Origin: an uncultured Clostridia bacterium
GTDB taxonomy: Bacteria > Bacillota > Clostridia > Christensenellales > UBA1242
Reading direction: 5' to 3'
DNA length: 64,000 nucleotides
Assembly: GCA_934772445.1 (NCBI GenBank)
Contig: CAKVMJ010000002.1
Coordinates: forward strand, 9,475 to 73,474
In this document: positions 28,336-38,335 of the stretch, piece after piece
How the letters are laid out: each line of letters opens with the position of its first letter
Position numbering within the stretch: position 1 is the first letter of the stretch
Program-made: the position numbers and the translations under genes
Notes under the pieces: model-generated
Database searches by the model: none
The model's input: the letters and a program-made list of their open reading frames with translations, nothing else
What the model was told of the DNA's origin: nothing

Positions 28336-28581
28336 ATGTGGGAAGAAATATTTAATCTCGCAATAAATAATGGATTATGGTCAGTTTTGTTTTTAATATT
28401 GTTGGTTTATGTTTTAAAAGATAGTAAGGCAAGAGAATTAAAATACCAGCAAACTATCACCACATTAGCAGATAGCTTAGAGATAATTCAAGATGTTAAG
28501 GAAGATGTACAAGAAATAAAAAGCAAGTTGTTAAATTCAGATTTGTCTAATCCTAAAAAGGAAGATAAAGATGAAAAATAA
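28336..28581 (+). CDS. BhlA/UviB-family holin-like peptide
   Basis: 81 aa. The string MWEEIFNLAINNGLWSVLFLILLVYVLKDSKARELKYQQTI matches the BhlA/UviB pattern: an N-terminal TM helix followed by YVLK..S..RE..Y. Confidence 0.65.
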   Translation: MWEEIFNLAINNGLWSVLFLILLVYVLKDSKARELKYQQTITTLADSLEIIQDVKEDVQEIKSKLLNSDLSNPKKEDKDEK

Positions 28582-28954
28582 CTTTTCTTCGTATGCATTT
28601 TGGGTTGCAGTTACTGGTGCTATAGTAGTTTTTTTGCAAAACTTAGGCAAAGTGGTTGGTTTCAACTTTAATTCTTCAGCATTTGAAAGCATTGTATTAT
28701 CTTTTTGCGGAATTTTGGTAGTTTTGGGCGTTTTAAACCAAAATAAAGATGAAAACTCAGATTTAAAAGAAGATGAACCAAATTTAAAGGATAGTTCGAA
28801 TGAAAATGAAGAATTATCTAAAGAAATAAAGGAAGAAAATGAGGAAAATATAGCCAAAACTAATAATGAAAACATAGAGAATAATGAAAATGATATAAAA
28901 AATGAAACAAGTGATGAGATTAATAAAATAGACCATAAAAACGAAAAAGACTAG
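28571..28954 (+). CDS. two-TM holin-like protein with a long acidic N/E/K tail
   Basis: 127 aa. Two hydrophobic helices in the first 55 aa, then a highly charged low-complexity tail. It overlaps the BhlA-like gene by 11 nt. Confidence 0.45.
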   Translation: MKNNFSSYAFWVAVTGAIVVFLQNLGKVVGFNFNSSAFESIVLSFCGILVVLGVLNQNKDENSDLKEDEPNLKDSSNENEELSKEIKEENEENIAKTNNENIENNENDIKNETSDEINKIDHKNEKD

Positions 28955-28975
28955 ATTAAATTCTAGTCTTTTTTG
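28947..28975 (+). terminator. rho-independent terminator closing the phage-like operon
   Basis: Stem aagactaga/tctagtctt overlapping the stop codon, followed by a T-run. Confidence 0.7.
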
Positions 28976-29266
28976 CTTTTTAGATAGATATATAACTAAA
29001 TCAAAACTGAAATTAAATCTTATGTGCAATTCTCGAATTATCTATGTAATTTAAAAAGGTATGCTTATATATTCTTAGGTATAGGTAGTAATAGAATAAA
29101 TAAATCTATTACACCATAAAATTCAATAAAATGGCTTTAAATTAGGTAATAAAGCAAAAAATATAATAATTTTTTTAATAAGTTAGATAAAAATATTATT
29201 AAGTTAAGAGAATTATGGCAAATTTTGTTTAATTTAAAAATTTAGATGTTTTTATATAAAATACAC

Positions 29267-29295
29267 TTGAAATTTATTTTATTTTATGATATACT
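29267..29295 (+). promoter_or_regulatory. sigma-A-type promoter upstream of the RNase J gene
   Basis: TTGAAA (29267-29272), a 17-nt spacer, then TATACT (29290-29295) with a TGn extended -10. It leaves a leader of about 255 nt. Confidence 0.5.
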
Positions 29296-29556
29296 CTCAT
29301 CAGATTTTTAAATGGTATGCTTTTGGGCAATCATTAATTGAATAAAGGATAATTAAAAAGTTTGAGATTTTGTGCTTTTCAAATTTTTTGGAAGATTATC
29401 GAGCTTAATTTTCTATTTTAGCTAGAAATTGGTTTTGTTTTATTTTGGTGATTATTTTGGATAATACAAAAGTTTTTAGCAATATTTAATAGAAATTAAT
29501 ATATTATTTAAAACATTTAAAAATAAATAAAAATATTTACATAAAGGGAGAAATAT

Positions 29557-31224
29557 ATGAAAAATACTCAACCAGCGTTGAAGTTGTCTTTTTTGGGTGG
29601 TGTTGGCGAAGTTGGAAAAAATATGCTAGCCGTTGAATATAAAGATGACATAATTATTATTGATGCCGGTGTTGCATTTCCTAGCGATGATATGCCCGGT
29701 GTTGATTTATTAATTCCAGATTTTGCTTATATTCAAGCAAATAAACATAGAGTTAAGGGAGTTTTCGTAACTCATGGTCACGAGGACCATATTGGCGCAA
29801 TCCCTTATCTTATGCAAGAAATTGATGCTCCAATTTATGCAAGCAAACTAACTGCTGCTTTGCTTGAGAATAAATTTAGAGAACATAAAAATGTTAGATG
29901 CAAAGTTAATGTAGTTAAACCAAAACAATCTATTAAATGCGGAGCATTCTCCGTTGAATTTGTTAAAGTTACTCATTCAATCACAGGTTCTTTTGCCTTG
30001 GTTATAACCACTCCAGTTGGTGTTTGGTTTCATACAGGCGATTTTAAAATGGATTTCACTCCAATTGATGATGAACCAATGGATTTAGTAAGATTAGCAG
30101 AAATTAGTAAAAAAGGAGTGTTGCTTCTAACAGCGGATTCCACAAATGCTGAGCGTTCTGGATATAGTATGAGTGAAAAGAGAGTTGGTCAAACATTAGA
30201 TGCTCTATTCGCTCAGAACAAACAAAAGAGAATTATTATTGCAACATTTGCTTCAAACATCCATAGAATCCAACAAATCTTGGATATTTGCGAAAAATAT
30301 GGAAGAAAAGTGTTATTCTCGGGAAGAAGTATGTTAAACAACTGTGAAACAGCTTCTAAAATCGGCGAACTTAAGTTTAATAAAGAAAATATTGCTGATG
30401 TTTCAAAAGTGGATAAATACGATGATGATAAAATGTGCATTATCTGTACTGGTAGCCAAGGTGAACCGGGAAGTGCGTTATCTAGAATGGCAGCTGGTGA
30501 ATTTCCTAAAATTGAAATCACTAATAACGATTATGTTATCTTCAGTGCTTCTTCAATCCCAGGTAACGAAACTGAGATAAACACAGTTATTAACCAACTT
30601 TACAAGAAAGGCGCTAAAGTAATTTACGAGAGCTTGGCAGAAGTTCATGTATCTGGTCACGCTTACCAAGAAGAATTAAAAATTATTCATAGCATATTGA
30701 AACCTAAGTATTTTATTCCAGTTCACGGTGAATACAGACACTTAATGGCTCACGCAAACCTTGCAATGGATTTAGGTATGCCAAAACGCCATATTCATAT
30801 TCCAGATTTAGGCGAAAGCATTACAATCACTCAAAATTCTATTAGAAAAACTGGTACAGTTCCAGCAGGTATTAAACTTATTGATGGTTTGGATATTAGT
30901 GATGCAGGCGGTGTTGTTCAAAGAGATAGAATGCAACTTGCCACAGAAGGTTTGTGCGTTGTATTGCTAACAATCTCTGCGCGTTCTGCTGTTTTAACAA
31001 GCAAACCAGAGATTATTACTAGAGGTTTCTTATATGGAAAAGATAACTCTCAAACAATTGAAGAAGCAAAAGATTTGCTTATAAACACAATTATTAGCGT
31101 TAATTTCAAAACTCAAGATTGGAATTTTATAAAAGATAACATTAAGAAAACTTTAACCACATTCTTCTTCAAGAAATTTAAGAGAAAACCAATGATAATT
31201 CCAATTATTATTGAAACTGCTTAA
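29557..31224 (+). CDS. rnj: ribonuclease J
   Basis: 555 aa. An MBL motif (HGHEDHIGAIPY), a beta-CASP region and a C-terminal domain. The N-terminus (LSFLGGVGEVGKNMLAVEY) is typical of RNase J. Confidence 0.9.
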   Translation: MKNTQPALKLSFLGGVGEVGKNMLAVEYKDDIIIIDAGVAFPSDDMPGVDLLIPDFAYIQANKHRVKGVFVTHGHEDHIGAIPYLMQEIDAPIYASKLTAALLENKFREHKNVRCKVNVVKPKQSIKCGAFSVEFVKVTHSITGSFALVITTPVGVWFHTGDFKMDFTPIDDEPMDLVRLAEISKKGVLLLTADSTNAERSGYSMSEKRVGQTLDALFAQNKQKRIIIATFASNIHRIQQILDICEKYGRKVLFSGRSMLNNCETASKIGELKFNKENIADVSKVDKYDDDKMCIICTGSQGEPGSALSRMAAGEFPKIEITNNDYVIFSASSIPGNETEINTVINQLYKKGAKVIYESLAEVHVSGHAYQEELKIIHSILKPKYFIPVHGEYRHLMAHANLAMDLGMPKRHIHIPDLGESITITQNSIRKTGTVPAGIKLIDGLDISDAGGVVQRDRMQLATEGLCVVLLTISARSAVLTSKPEIITRGFLYGKDNSQTIEEAKDLLINTIISVNFKTQDWNFIKDNIKKTLTTFFFKKFKRKPMIIPIIIETA

Positions 31225-31234
31225 AAGAAAAAAT

Positions 31235-31265
31235 AAACTCCTAAATAATGCTTTTAGGAGTTTTT
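31235..31265 (+). terminator. rho-independent terminator after rnj
   Basis: 11-bp stem aaactcctaaa/tttaggagttt followed by a T-run. Confidence 0.75.
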
Positions 31266-31279
31266 ATTTTAATTAAAAC

Positions 31280-31308
31280 TTGCAAAATTTGCATTGTTAA
31301 GATATAAT
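31280..31308 (+). promoter_or_regulatory. sigma-A-type promoter of the methyltransferase/U32 operon
   Basis: TTGCAA (31280-31285), a 17-nt spacer, then TATAAT (31303-31308). Confidence 0.55.
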
Positions 31309-31331
31309 AAATACATTAAGAGGAAAAGATT

Positions 31332-31916
31332 TTGGGAATTTTAGAAGAAATATATGCGTATGCTAAAGAAAATCATGTTCCGATTGTTAGAGATATAACT
31401 AAAGATTATTTGATTGAAGAGGTGAAACATTCAAAACCAAATAGTATTTTAGAGATTGGTACGGCAATTGGATATTCTGGAAGTTTGATGCTATTAAACT
31501 CAAACGCAAAATTAGTAACATTAGAAAAAAACGAAACCAGTTTTGAAATTGCTAAATCCAATTTTGAAAAGCTTGGTTTAACTGATAGGGTTGAACAAAT
31601 ATTGGGTGATGCAATGGAAACCTTGCAAGAATTAGTGAAACAGGGAAGAACTTTTGATTTTATCTTTTTAGATGGACCTAAAGGACAATATTTTAGGTAT
31701 TTGCAAATTATAAAGCACCTTGTGAAAAGTGGTTCTGTGATATTTGCAGATAATGTTGAATATTTCGGTATGGTTAAATCTAATGTTTACCCTCATAGAA
31801 AGAAAACAATAGTTGTTTCATTGCAAAACTATTTAAACGAAGTGGAAAATAGCCCATCGTTTGAAACTAAGGTTTATGATATAGATGATGGATTTTCTAT
31901 AACTAAAGTCAAATAA
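31332..31916 (+). CDS. class I SAM-dependent O-methyltransferase (YrrM/TrmR-like)
   Basis: 194 aa with a SAM-binding motif (ILEIGTAIGYS) and LDGPK. It sits directly upstream of a U32 peptidase gene, as in the B. subtilis yrrMNO tRNA-xo5U locus. Confidence 0.7.
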   Translation: MGILEEIYAYAKENHVPIVRDITKDYLIEEVKHSKPNSILEIGTAIGYSGSLMLLNSNAKLVTLEKNETSFEIAKSNFEKLGLTDRVEQILGDAMETLQELVKQGRTFDFIFLDGPKGQYFRYLQIIKHLVKSGSVIFADNVEYFGMVKSNVYPHRKKTIVVSLQNYLNEVENSPSFETKVYDIDDGFSITKVK

Positions 31917-31933
31917 ATATAAAGGAGAAAAAT

Positions 31934-33142
31934 ATGTTAGAATTATTATCGCCAGCTGGAAGTATGGATAAATTAAAAACTGCATTTTATTTTGGTGCTG
32001 ATGCTTGTTATTTTGCTGGTAAAAAATTTGGATTGAGAGCTTTTGCAGATAACTTTGATGATGATGAGTTAAAAGAAAGTGTTGATTATGCTCATTCACT
32101 TGGAAAGAAATGTTATATAACTGTGAATATTCTAGCGCATAATGGAGATTTTGATGGATTAAAAGAATATTTGCAATACCTTGAAAAAATTAAGGTTGAT
32201 GCAATAATTGTTAGTGATATTGGTATTATGTCTTATGCAAAACAATATGCACCATCTCTTCCTATTCATATTTCCACTCAAGCAAATATTACAAATAAAT
32301 ATTCTGCTATGGAATTTGTTAAGATGGGTGCTTCAAGATTAATCCTAGCTAGAGAACTTTCAATAAATGAAATAAAAGAGATTAGGGAAGCAGTTCCTAA
32401 AGATGTTGAGATTGAATGTTTTGTTCACGGTGCTATGTGTATTTCATATTCTGGTAGATGTTTGCTATCTAATTATTTGTCTGGTAGAGATAGTAATAGG
32501 GGTGCTTGTATTCAAGCTTGCAGATTTGAATATTGTATCACAGAGAAGAGTAGGCACGAAGGCGAGCAATATGAAATTCAAGAAGATAATCGCGGAACAT
32601 ATATTTTAAATAGCAAAGACCTTTGTATGATAAAACATCTTAAAGAGATGGTTGATGCTGGTATTACAAGTTTTAAAATTGAAGGAAGAATGAAAAGTCC
32701 ATATTATGTTGCCACTGTAACAAATGCTTATAGAAGAGCAATTGATGCCATAACTAAAAATAAAGATGTAAACCTAGATGAGCTAGAACAAGAATTGCAA
32801 AAGGCTAGCCATAGAAGATATACCACTGGTTTTTATTTTGGAGCAAAAGATAAAGAATGTATTGAATCAAGTATGCCAGTTCAAACTCACGAATTTATGG
32901 CTGTTGTGTTAGAAAATTCAAATGATGGTTATGCTTTGATTGAGCAAAGAAATAGATTTAAAGTTGGGGAAACTTTAGAAGTGTTATCTCCATCTGAAAA
33001 CTTTAATAAGCAAATTGAAATAACAGAAATGTTAAATGAAAATGGCGAACAAGTTTTAGATGCAAGTTTGGTTCAACAAAAACTAAGATTAAAAACTTCA
33101 TTAAATCTAAATGCTGGCGATATTTTAAGAAAGAAAATTTAA
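31934..33142 (+). CDS. peptidase U32 family protein (TrhP/YrrN-YrrO-like)
   Basis: 402 aa. A typical U32 N-terminus (LELLSPAGSMDKLKTAFYFGADACYFAGKKFGLRA) and a Cys-rich centre (CISYSGRCLLSNY). Confidence 0.8.
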   Translation: MLELLSPAGSMDKLKTAFYFGADACYFAGKKFGLRAFADNFDDDELKESVDYAHSLGKKCYITVNILAHNGDFDGLKEYLQYLEKIKVDAIIVSDIGIMSYAKQYAPSLPIHISTQANITNKYSAMEFVKMGASRLILARELSINEIKEIREAVPKDVEIECFVHGAMCISYSGRCLLSNYLSGRDSNRGACIQACRFEYCITEKSRHEGEQYEIQEDNRGTYILNSKDLCMIKHLKEMVDAGITSFKIEGRMKSPYYVATVTNAYRRAIDAITKNKDVNLDELEQELQKASHRRYTTGFYFGAKDKECIESSMPVQTHEFMAVVLENSNDGYALIEQRNRFKVGETLEVLSPSENFNKQIEITEMLNENGEQVLDASLVQQKLRLKTSLNLNAGDILRKKI

Positions 33143-33161
33143 TTTTACTATAATAATTAAA

Positions 33162-33206
33162 AACAAAAAAGAAGCAATATTATAAATTTATATTGCCTCT
33201 TTTTTT
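33162..33206. terminator. bidirectional terminator between the U32 gene and groEL
   Basis: Stem gaagcaatat/atattgcctc with one mismatch, flanked by an A-run and a T-run. Confidence 0.6.
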
Positions 33207-33207
33207 A

Positions 33208-34791
<1,584 letters not shown>

Positions 34792-34801
34792 TCATTTCTC
34801 C

Positions 34802-35083
34802 TTATTCAATAATTGCTAAAATATCTGATTGTTTTATTAAAATAAATTCTTCTCCATCAATGTTAAATTCATTGCCTGCATATTTATTGTATAAAACATT
34901 ATCTCCAACCTTAACTTTGAAATCTATCTCTTCGCCATTTAATTTTCCACCAGTGCCAATCTCCATAACTTTTGCAAGTATGGGTTTTGCTTGAGCAGTG
35001 TCTGGTAAAATAATATTTGTTTTTTCTCGTTGCTCTTTAATTTGTTTTAAAACAACTCTATCAAATAATGGGGTAATCTTCAT
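34802..35083 (-). CDS. groES: co-chaperonin GroES
   Basis: 93 aa. MKITPLFDRVVLKQ...GDNVLYNKYAGNEF is a GroES pattern. It is located upstream of groEL. Confidence 0.95.
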   Translation of the reverse strand: MKITPLFDRVVLKQIKEQREKTNIILPDTAQAKPILAKVMEIGTGGKLNGEEIDFKVKVGDNVLYNKYAGNEFNIDGEEFILIKQSDILAIIE

Positions 35084-35164
35084 ATTTATCTCCTTTTAAA
35101 TTTTTAGACAAAAATTCCTCTATTTATGATTTATTTCCAAAAATTCTTGCCTTAAACCTATGCT

Positions 35165-35194
35165 ATTATATATCTATGATTTAAGTATTTTCAA
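35165..35194 (-). promoter_or_regulatory. sigma-A-type promoter of groES-groEL
   Basis: On the minus strand: TTGAAA, an 18-nt spacer, then TATAAT. No CIRCE inverted repeat lies between the promoter and the start codon. Confidence 0.5.
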
Positions 35195-35264
35195 TTTGAA
35201 CTGACATTTAAAAATCATAATTTGCCAAGTTTTAAAATATCTTATTTTAATAGGAGATAGAATA

Positions 35265-36074
35265 ATGAAAGAACAGTATGCAGATGGAGTGAAAATAATA
35301 AAGAGAAAAAGAAAATTTAAGGTTTTTGGAATTTTAATGATAGCACTAAGCTGTATTTTAGTTGTTTGCTCATTAAGTTCAATTTTATCTCGAACTTTAA
35401 ATTTAGAAAATTTCTCGCTAGTTTCATTTATTTTCGGACAAAGTGATAATAAAATTGAAAAGCATACTCTTTATGCTGTAACATTAGGCGAGTTTGAAGA
35501 TAAAAAACAATGCCAAGATGTGGCACTTGGTTCATCTGTGGCTGGTGCTAGCGGATATGTTTGGAAAAATAAAGATAAAAGTTTTTACGCAATCGGCTCA
35601 ATATATTTAAGTGAAGATGATGCAAAGAAGGTGGCTGAGGGGTTAAATAGCAGTGTTTACACAGTTGATGTTAAGCAAATAGAGTTTAAAGAAGTTACAT
35701 TTGACATAACAAAAAAAGATAAGGATACTATTTCTTTGTGTGTTTCCGCTTTATCTTATTTAAACGATTTATTTAATAATTTTTCAACCACATCTATGCA
35801 ATTAGAAAAAGGTGAAATTTCGTATGTGGCAAGTGCTAGTTTTATAAACGCATATAAAAGCGAAATTAAAACCTATGAAACAAAGTTTGATTTGCTTTTA
35901 AAAGAAAATTCAGATGAAACGCTTAAAAAATTGCTTGCTGGATTTGTTGCAATAGAAACGAGCCTTGATAGTACGGTAAACACTCTTCTATCCAATTTTT
36001 CGCCAGTAAGCGACATAAAATATGGTTTAGCGGATTTTGTTTTTCATTATCACGCACTAATTTTATCAATATAA
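35265..36074 (+). CDS. membrane-anchored protein with a SPOR-like domain
   Basis: An N-terminal TM helix. The region HTLYAVTLGEFEDKKQCQDVA...YAIGSIYLSEDDAKKVAEGL resembles a SPOR fold repeat. Confidence 0.45.
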   Translation: MKEQYADGVKIIKRKRKFKVFGILMIALSCILVVCSLSSILSRTLNLENFSLVSFIFGQSDNKIEKHTLYAVTLGEFEDKKQCQDVALGSSVAGASGYVWKNKDKSFYAIGSIYLSEDDAKKVAEGLNSSVYTVDVKQIEFKEVTFDITKKDKDTISLCVSALSYLNDLFNNFSTTSMQLEKGEISYVASASFINAYKSEIKTYETKFDLLLKENSDETLKKLLAGFVAIETSLDSTVNTLLSNFSPVSDIKYGLADFVFHYHALILSI

Positions 36075-36120
36075 GTTAAAAAGAATTTGTAAATAGTTAA
36101 AAATTTGTTATACTTACAAT

Positions 36121-36621
36121 ATGAGGAAAATCAATGTAAAGAGTATTTTAATAAAGGTTGCGATTGTTGTTGGACTTGTGGCAGTGGATTTAATTACAAA
36201 AAAACTGGCACAAGTTTATTTGCAGAATAAAGAAACAATAACACTTATTCCGAATATACTTGAGCTTAGTTTTGTTAAAAACTCAGGTGCTTCTTTTGGT
36301 ATGATGTCGGATAAAACATTAATTTTAACGATTTTTTCAGGCGTTTTTATTGTTGGTATAATTATTTATGATTATTTCTTAGGAGATAATAATAAATTGT
36401 ATATTTCTGCATTTGTATTAATCTTGGCTGGTGCAATTGGCAATTTTGTTGAAAGAGTTGGTGTAATGCACGAAGTTACAGATTTTATAGGTATGTTTAA
36501 TTGGTATGTTTGTAATATAGCGGATATATTTATTTGCGTTGGTATTGCATTATATATGTTATATTGCATTTTGGATATTGTTAATAAAAGGAAAACTAAA
36601 GATGCTAAAGATAATAGTTGA
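36121..36621 (+). CDS. lspA: lipoprotein signal peptidase II
   Basis: 166 aa with 4 TM segments and the motifs FVKNSGASFGM and NFVERV...VTDFI. Confidence 0.85.
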   Translation: MRKINVKSILIKVAIVVGLVAVDLITKKLAQVYLQNKETITLIPNILELSFVKNSGASFGMMSDKTLILTIFSGVFIVGIIIYDYFLGDNNKLYISAFVLILAGAIGNFVERVGVMHEVTDFIGMFNWYVCNIADIFICVGIALYMLYCILDIVNKRKTKDAKDNS

Positions 36622-37501
36622 AAAAAGTTCGAGGCTTGATTTGTTGCTTTTGGAAAACATTCCTTCCCACACTCGTTCGTATATAAAAAATATGATAACC
36701 GAAGGCAAAGTACTAGTTAACGGAAAAGAAGAAAAAAAAGCGGGCTTTGAAGTAAAAAAAGGTGATGAAGTTGAATTTGAACTTCTAGAACCAATTCCAT
36801 TAGAGGCTAAAGCGGAAAATATACCGCTAGATATAGTTTATGAAGATGATGATTTGTTGGTTATAAATAAACCTCAAGGAATGGTGGTTCATCCAGCTGT
36901 TAAGAATTATGAAGGTACACTTGTTAATGCGCTTTTATATCAAGTTAAAGATTTAAGCGGAATAAATGGTGTAATGAGGCCGGGAATTGTTCATAGGCTT
37001 GATAAAGATACATCTGGACTTTTGCTTGTTGCTAAAAACGATTTTGCTCATAATTCTCTATCTAAGCAAATTCAAGAAAAAACTTGTAAAAGATATTATA
37101 TCGCTTTAGTACAAAATAGAATGAAAGAAAGCGAAGGCGAGATAAAAACATATATTGGAAGAGATCCAAAAAATAGGCTGAAGATGGCAGTTGTAAAAGA
37201 TGGTAAGATTGCAGATACATTCTTTAAAGTTTTGAAAAATTATGTTGGTTATTCGCTTTGTGAATTTGAATTAAAAACTGGTAGAACACATCAAATAAGA
37301 GTTCATAGTGCGTATATTAATCACCCAATCGTGGGAGATAAATTATATAATCCTAATAAATGCAAATTCGATGTTGTGGGTCAGATGCTCCACGCATATA
37401 AAATAAAATTTTATCAACCAACCACTAATAAACTCTTGGAGTTTGAAGTTCCGTTGCCTGAATATTTTACAAAGATTTTGGAAAGGTTAAAAGAAGAATA
37501 G
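36602..37501 (+). CDS. rluD: RluA-family 23S rRNA pseudouridine synthase (RluD-like)
   Basis: An N-terminal S4-like domain and the catalytic HRLDKDTSGLL motif, plus GRTHQIRVH. I prefer the ATG at 36602, which overlaps the end of lspA, over the track start at 36539. Confidence 0.85.
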   Translation: MLKIIVEKSSRLDLLLLENIPSHTRSYIKNMITEGKVLVNGKEEKKAGFEVKKGDEVEFELLEPIPLEAKAENIPLDIVYEDDDLLVINKPQGMVVHPAVKNYEGTLVNALLYQVKDLSGINGVMRPGIVHRLDKDTSGLLLVAKNDFAHNSLSKQIQEKTCKRYYIALVQNRMKESEGEIKTYIGRDPKNRLKMAVVKDGKIADTFFKVLKNYVGYSLCEFELKTGRTHQIRVHSAYINHPIVGDKLYNPNKCKFDVVGQMLHAYKIKFYQPTTNKLLEFEVPLPEYFTKILERLKEE

Positions 37502-37514
37502 AGAGGAGAAAAAT

Positions 37515-37796
37515 ATGGGAAATAATAATTCAACAAATAATTGGCGTCATTTTATTAATTTTCTTGCTTATGTTGCCGTAATAATGATAGGACTAGCCTT
37601 AGCATTATCATTTATATTAAATAAACTAGGCGTTAGTTCAAGCGTTTGTGGTAGTTTAACCACGATTGCAAACGCGCTTGCATATATCATAGTTTCAATA
37701 TCTGCATTTTACTATTCAAGAAGTAAAAGAAATGCTTGGTTCTTTGTTTTATGGTTAATTGCAACAGTATTAATTATTGTATTTATGATTTTATAA
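37515..37796 (+). CDS. small hypothetical membrane protein
   Basis: 93 aa with three hydrophobic helices. The RBS is GAGAGGAGAAA. Confidence 0.5.
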   Translation: MGNNNSTNNWRHFINFLAYVAVIMIGLALALSFILNKLGVSSSVCGSLTTIANALAYIIVSISAFYYSRSKRNAWFFVLWLIATVLIIVFMIL

Positions 37797-37818
37797 TTTT
37801 AATTCTAACGGAAGAAAA

Positions 37819-38166
37819 ATGAATTTTTTGAAGAAAATTTGGTCGAGTAAACTTAATAGAGTGATAATAATCACAGTTTGTGTAACTGCTATAAGTTTTT
37901 TCGTTTCTATTTATATAGGATTTTTAAAGTACTTAACTTTAGCAAGTTTGCTTGCTCTTTGTATTGAAGGTGCAATAAAATGTTTTGTAAAGCCAAAGAA
38001 TGAAAATAATATAAAAGAATTTTTTCCGCAATCTAATAATATAAAGGAAAATTTAAAAGAAGAACATGAGGAAAATTTGAATAAACTTAATAGAATGATG
38101 TTTGGCTTTTTATGTATTGTTTTAGCAATTGTTATAATATTTATGTTTATTAGGAATATTTTTTAA
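37819..38166 (+). CDS. small hypothetical membrane protein
   Basis: 115 aa with TM helices at both ends. A terminator hairpin lies downstream (agaatac/gtattct plus a T-run). Confidence 0.45.
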   Translation: MNFLKKIWSSKLNRVIIITVCVTAISFFVSIYIGFLKYLTLASLLALCIEGAIKCFVKPKNENNIKEFFPQSNNIKENLKEEHEENLNKLNRMMFGFLCIVLAIVIIFMFIRNIF

Positions 38167-38335
38167 GAAAACTAGATATAAAGAATACTCAAAATAGGTA
38201 TTCTTTTTTTTGTTCTCTAATATATTAGTTGTATAAAAAGTAACATTCGACATTTAATTATAAAAGCATACATTATTAGATAAAAATCTTTTAAAGTTAA
38301 ATTTGAATTATGAGTTAATATAAAGGAGTTCAGGC

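Larger units (their letters stand above)
16335..28975 (+). mobile_element. defective-prophage-like or GTA-like packaging and head module with its SOS-controlled regulator
   Basis: A contiguous block: an SOS-box promoter, a sigma-like regulator, TerL, portal, scaffold, capsid, unknown structural-size ORFs and holin-like genes. No integrase, repressor, replication, long-tail or lysin genes are recognisable. Confidence 0.6.

Noticed and set aside
16165-29260. Search by eye for attL/attR direct repeats flanking the phage-like module.
   Set aside because: I could not find a convincing direct repeat between 16165-16450 or 17720-17823 and 28955-29260. AT-rich DNA makes short matches meaningless. 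This needs a computational repeat search and is left open rather than claimed.
38240-38335. CATACATT upstream of the PdaB-like deacetylase gene, as a possible sigma-E -10 element.
   Set aside because: I could not place a matching -35 at the correct spacing, and my recollection of the sigma-E consensus spacing is not firm enough. It is not reported as a feature.
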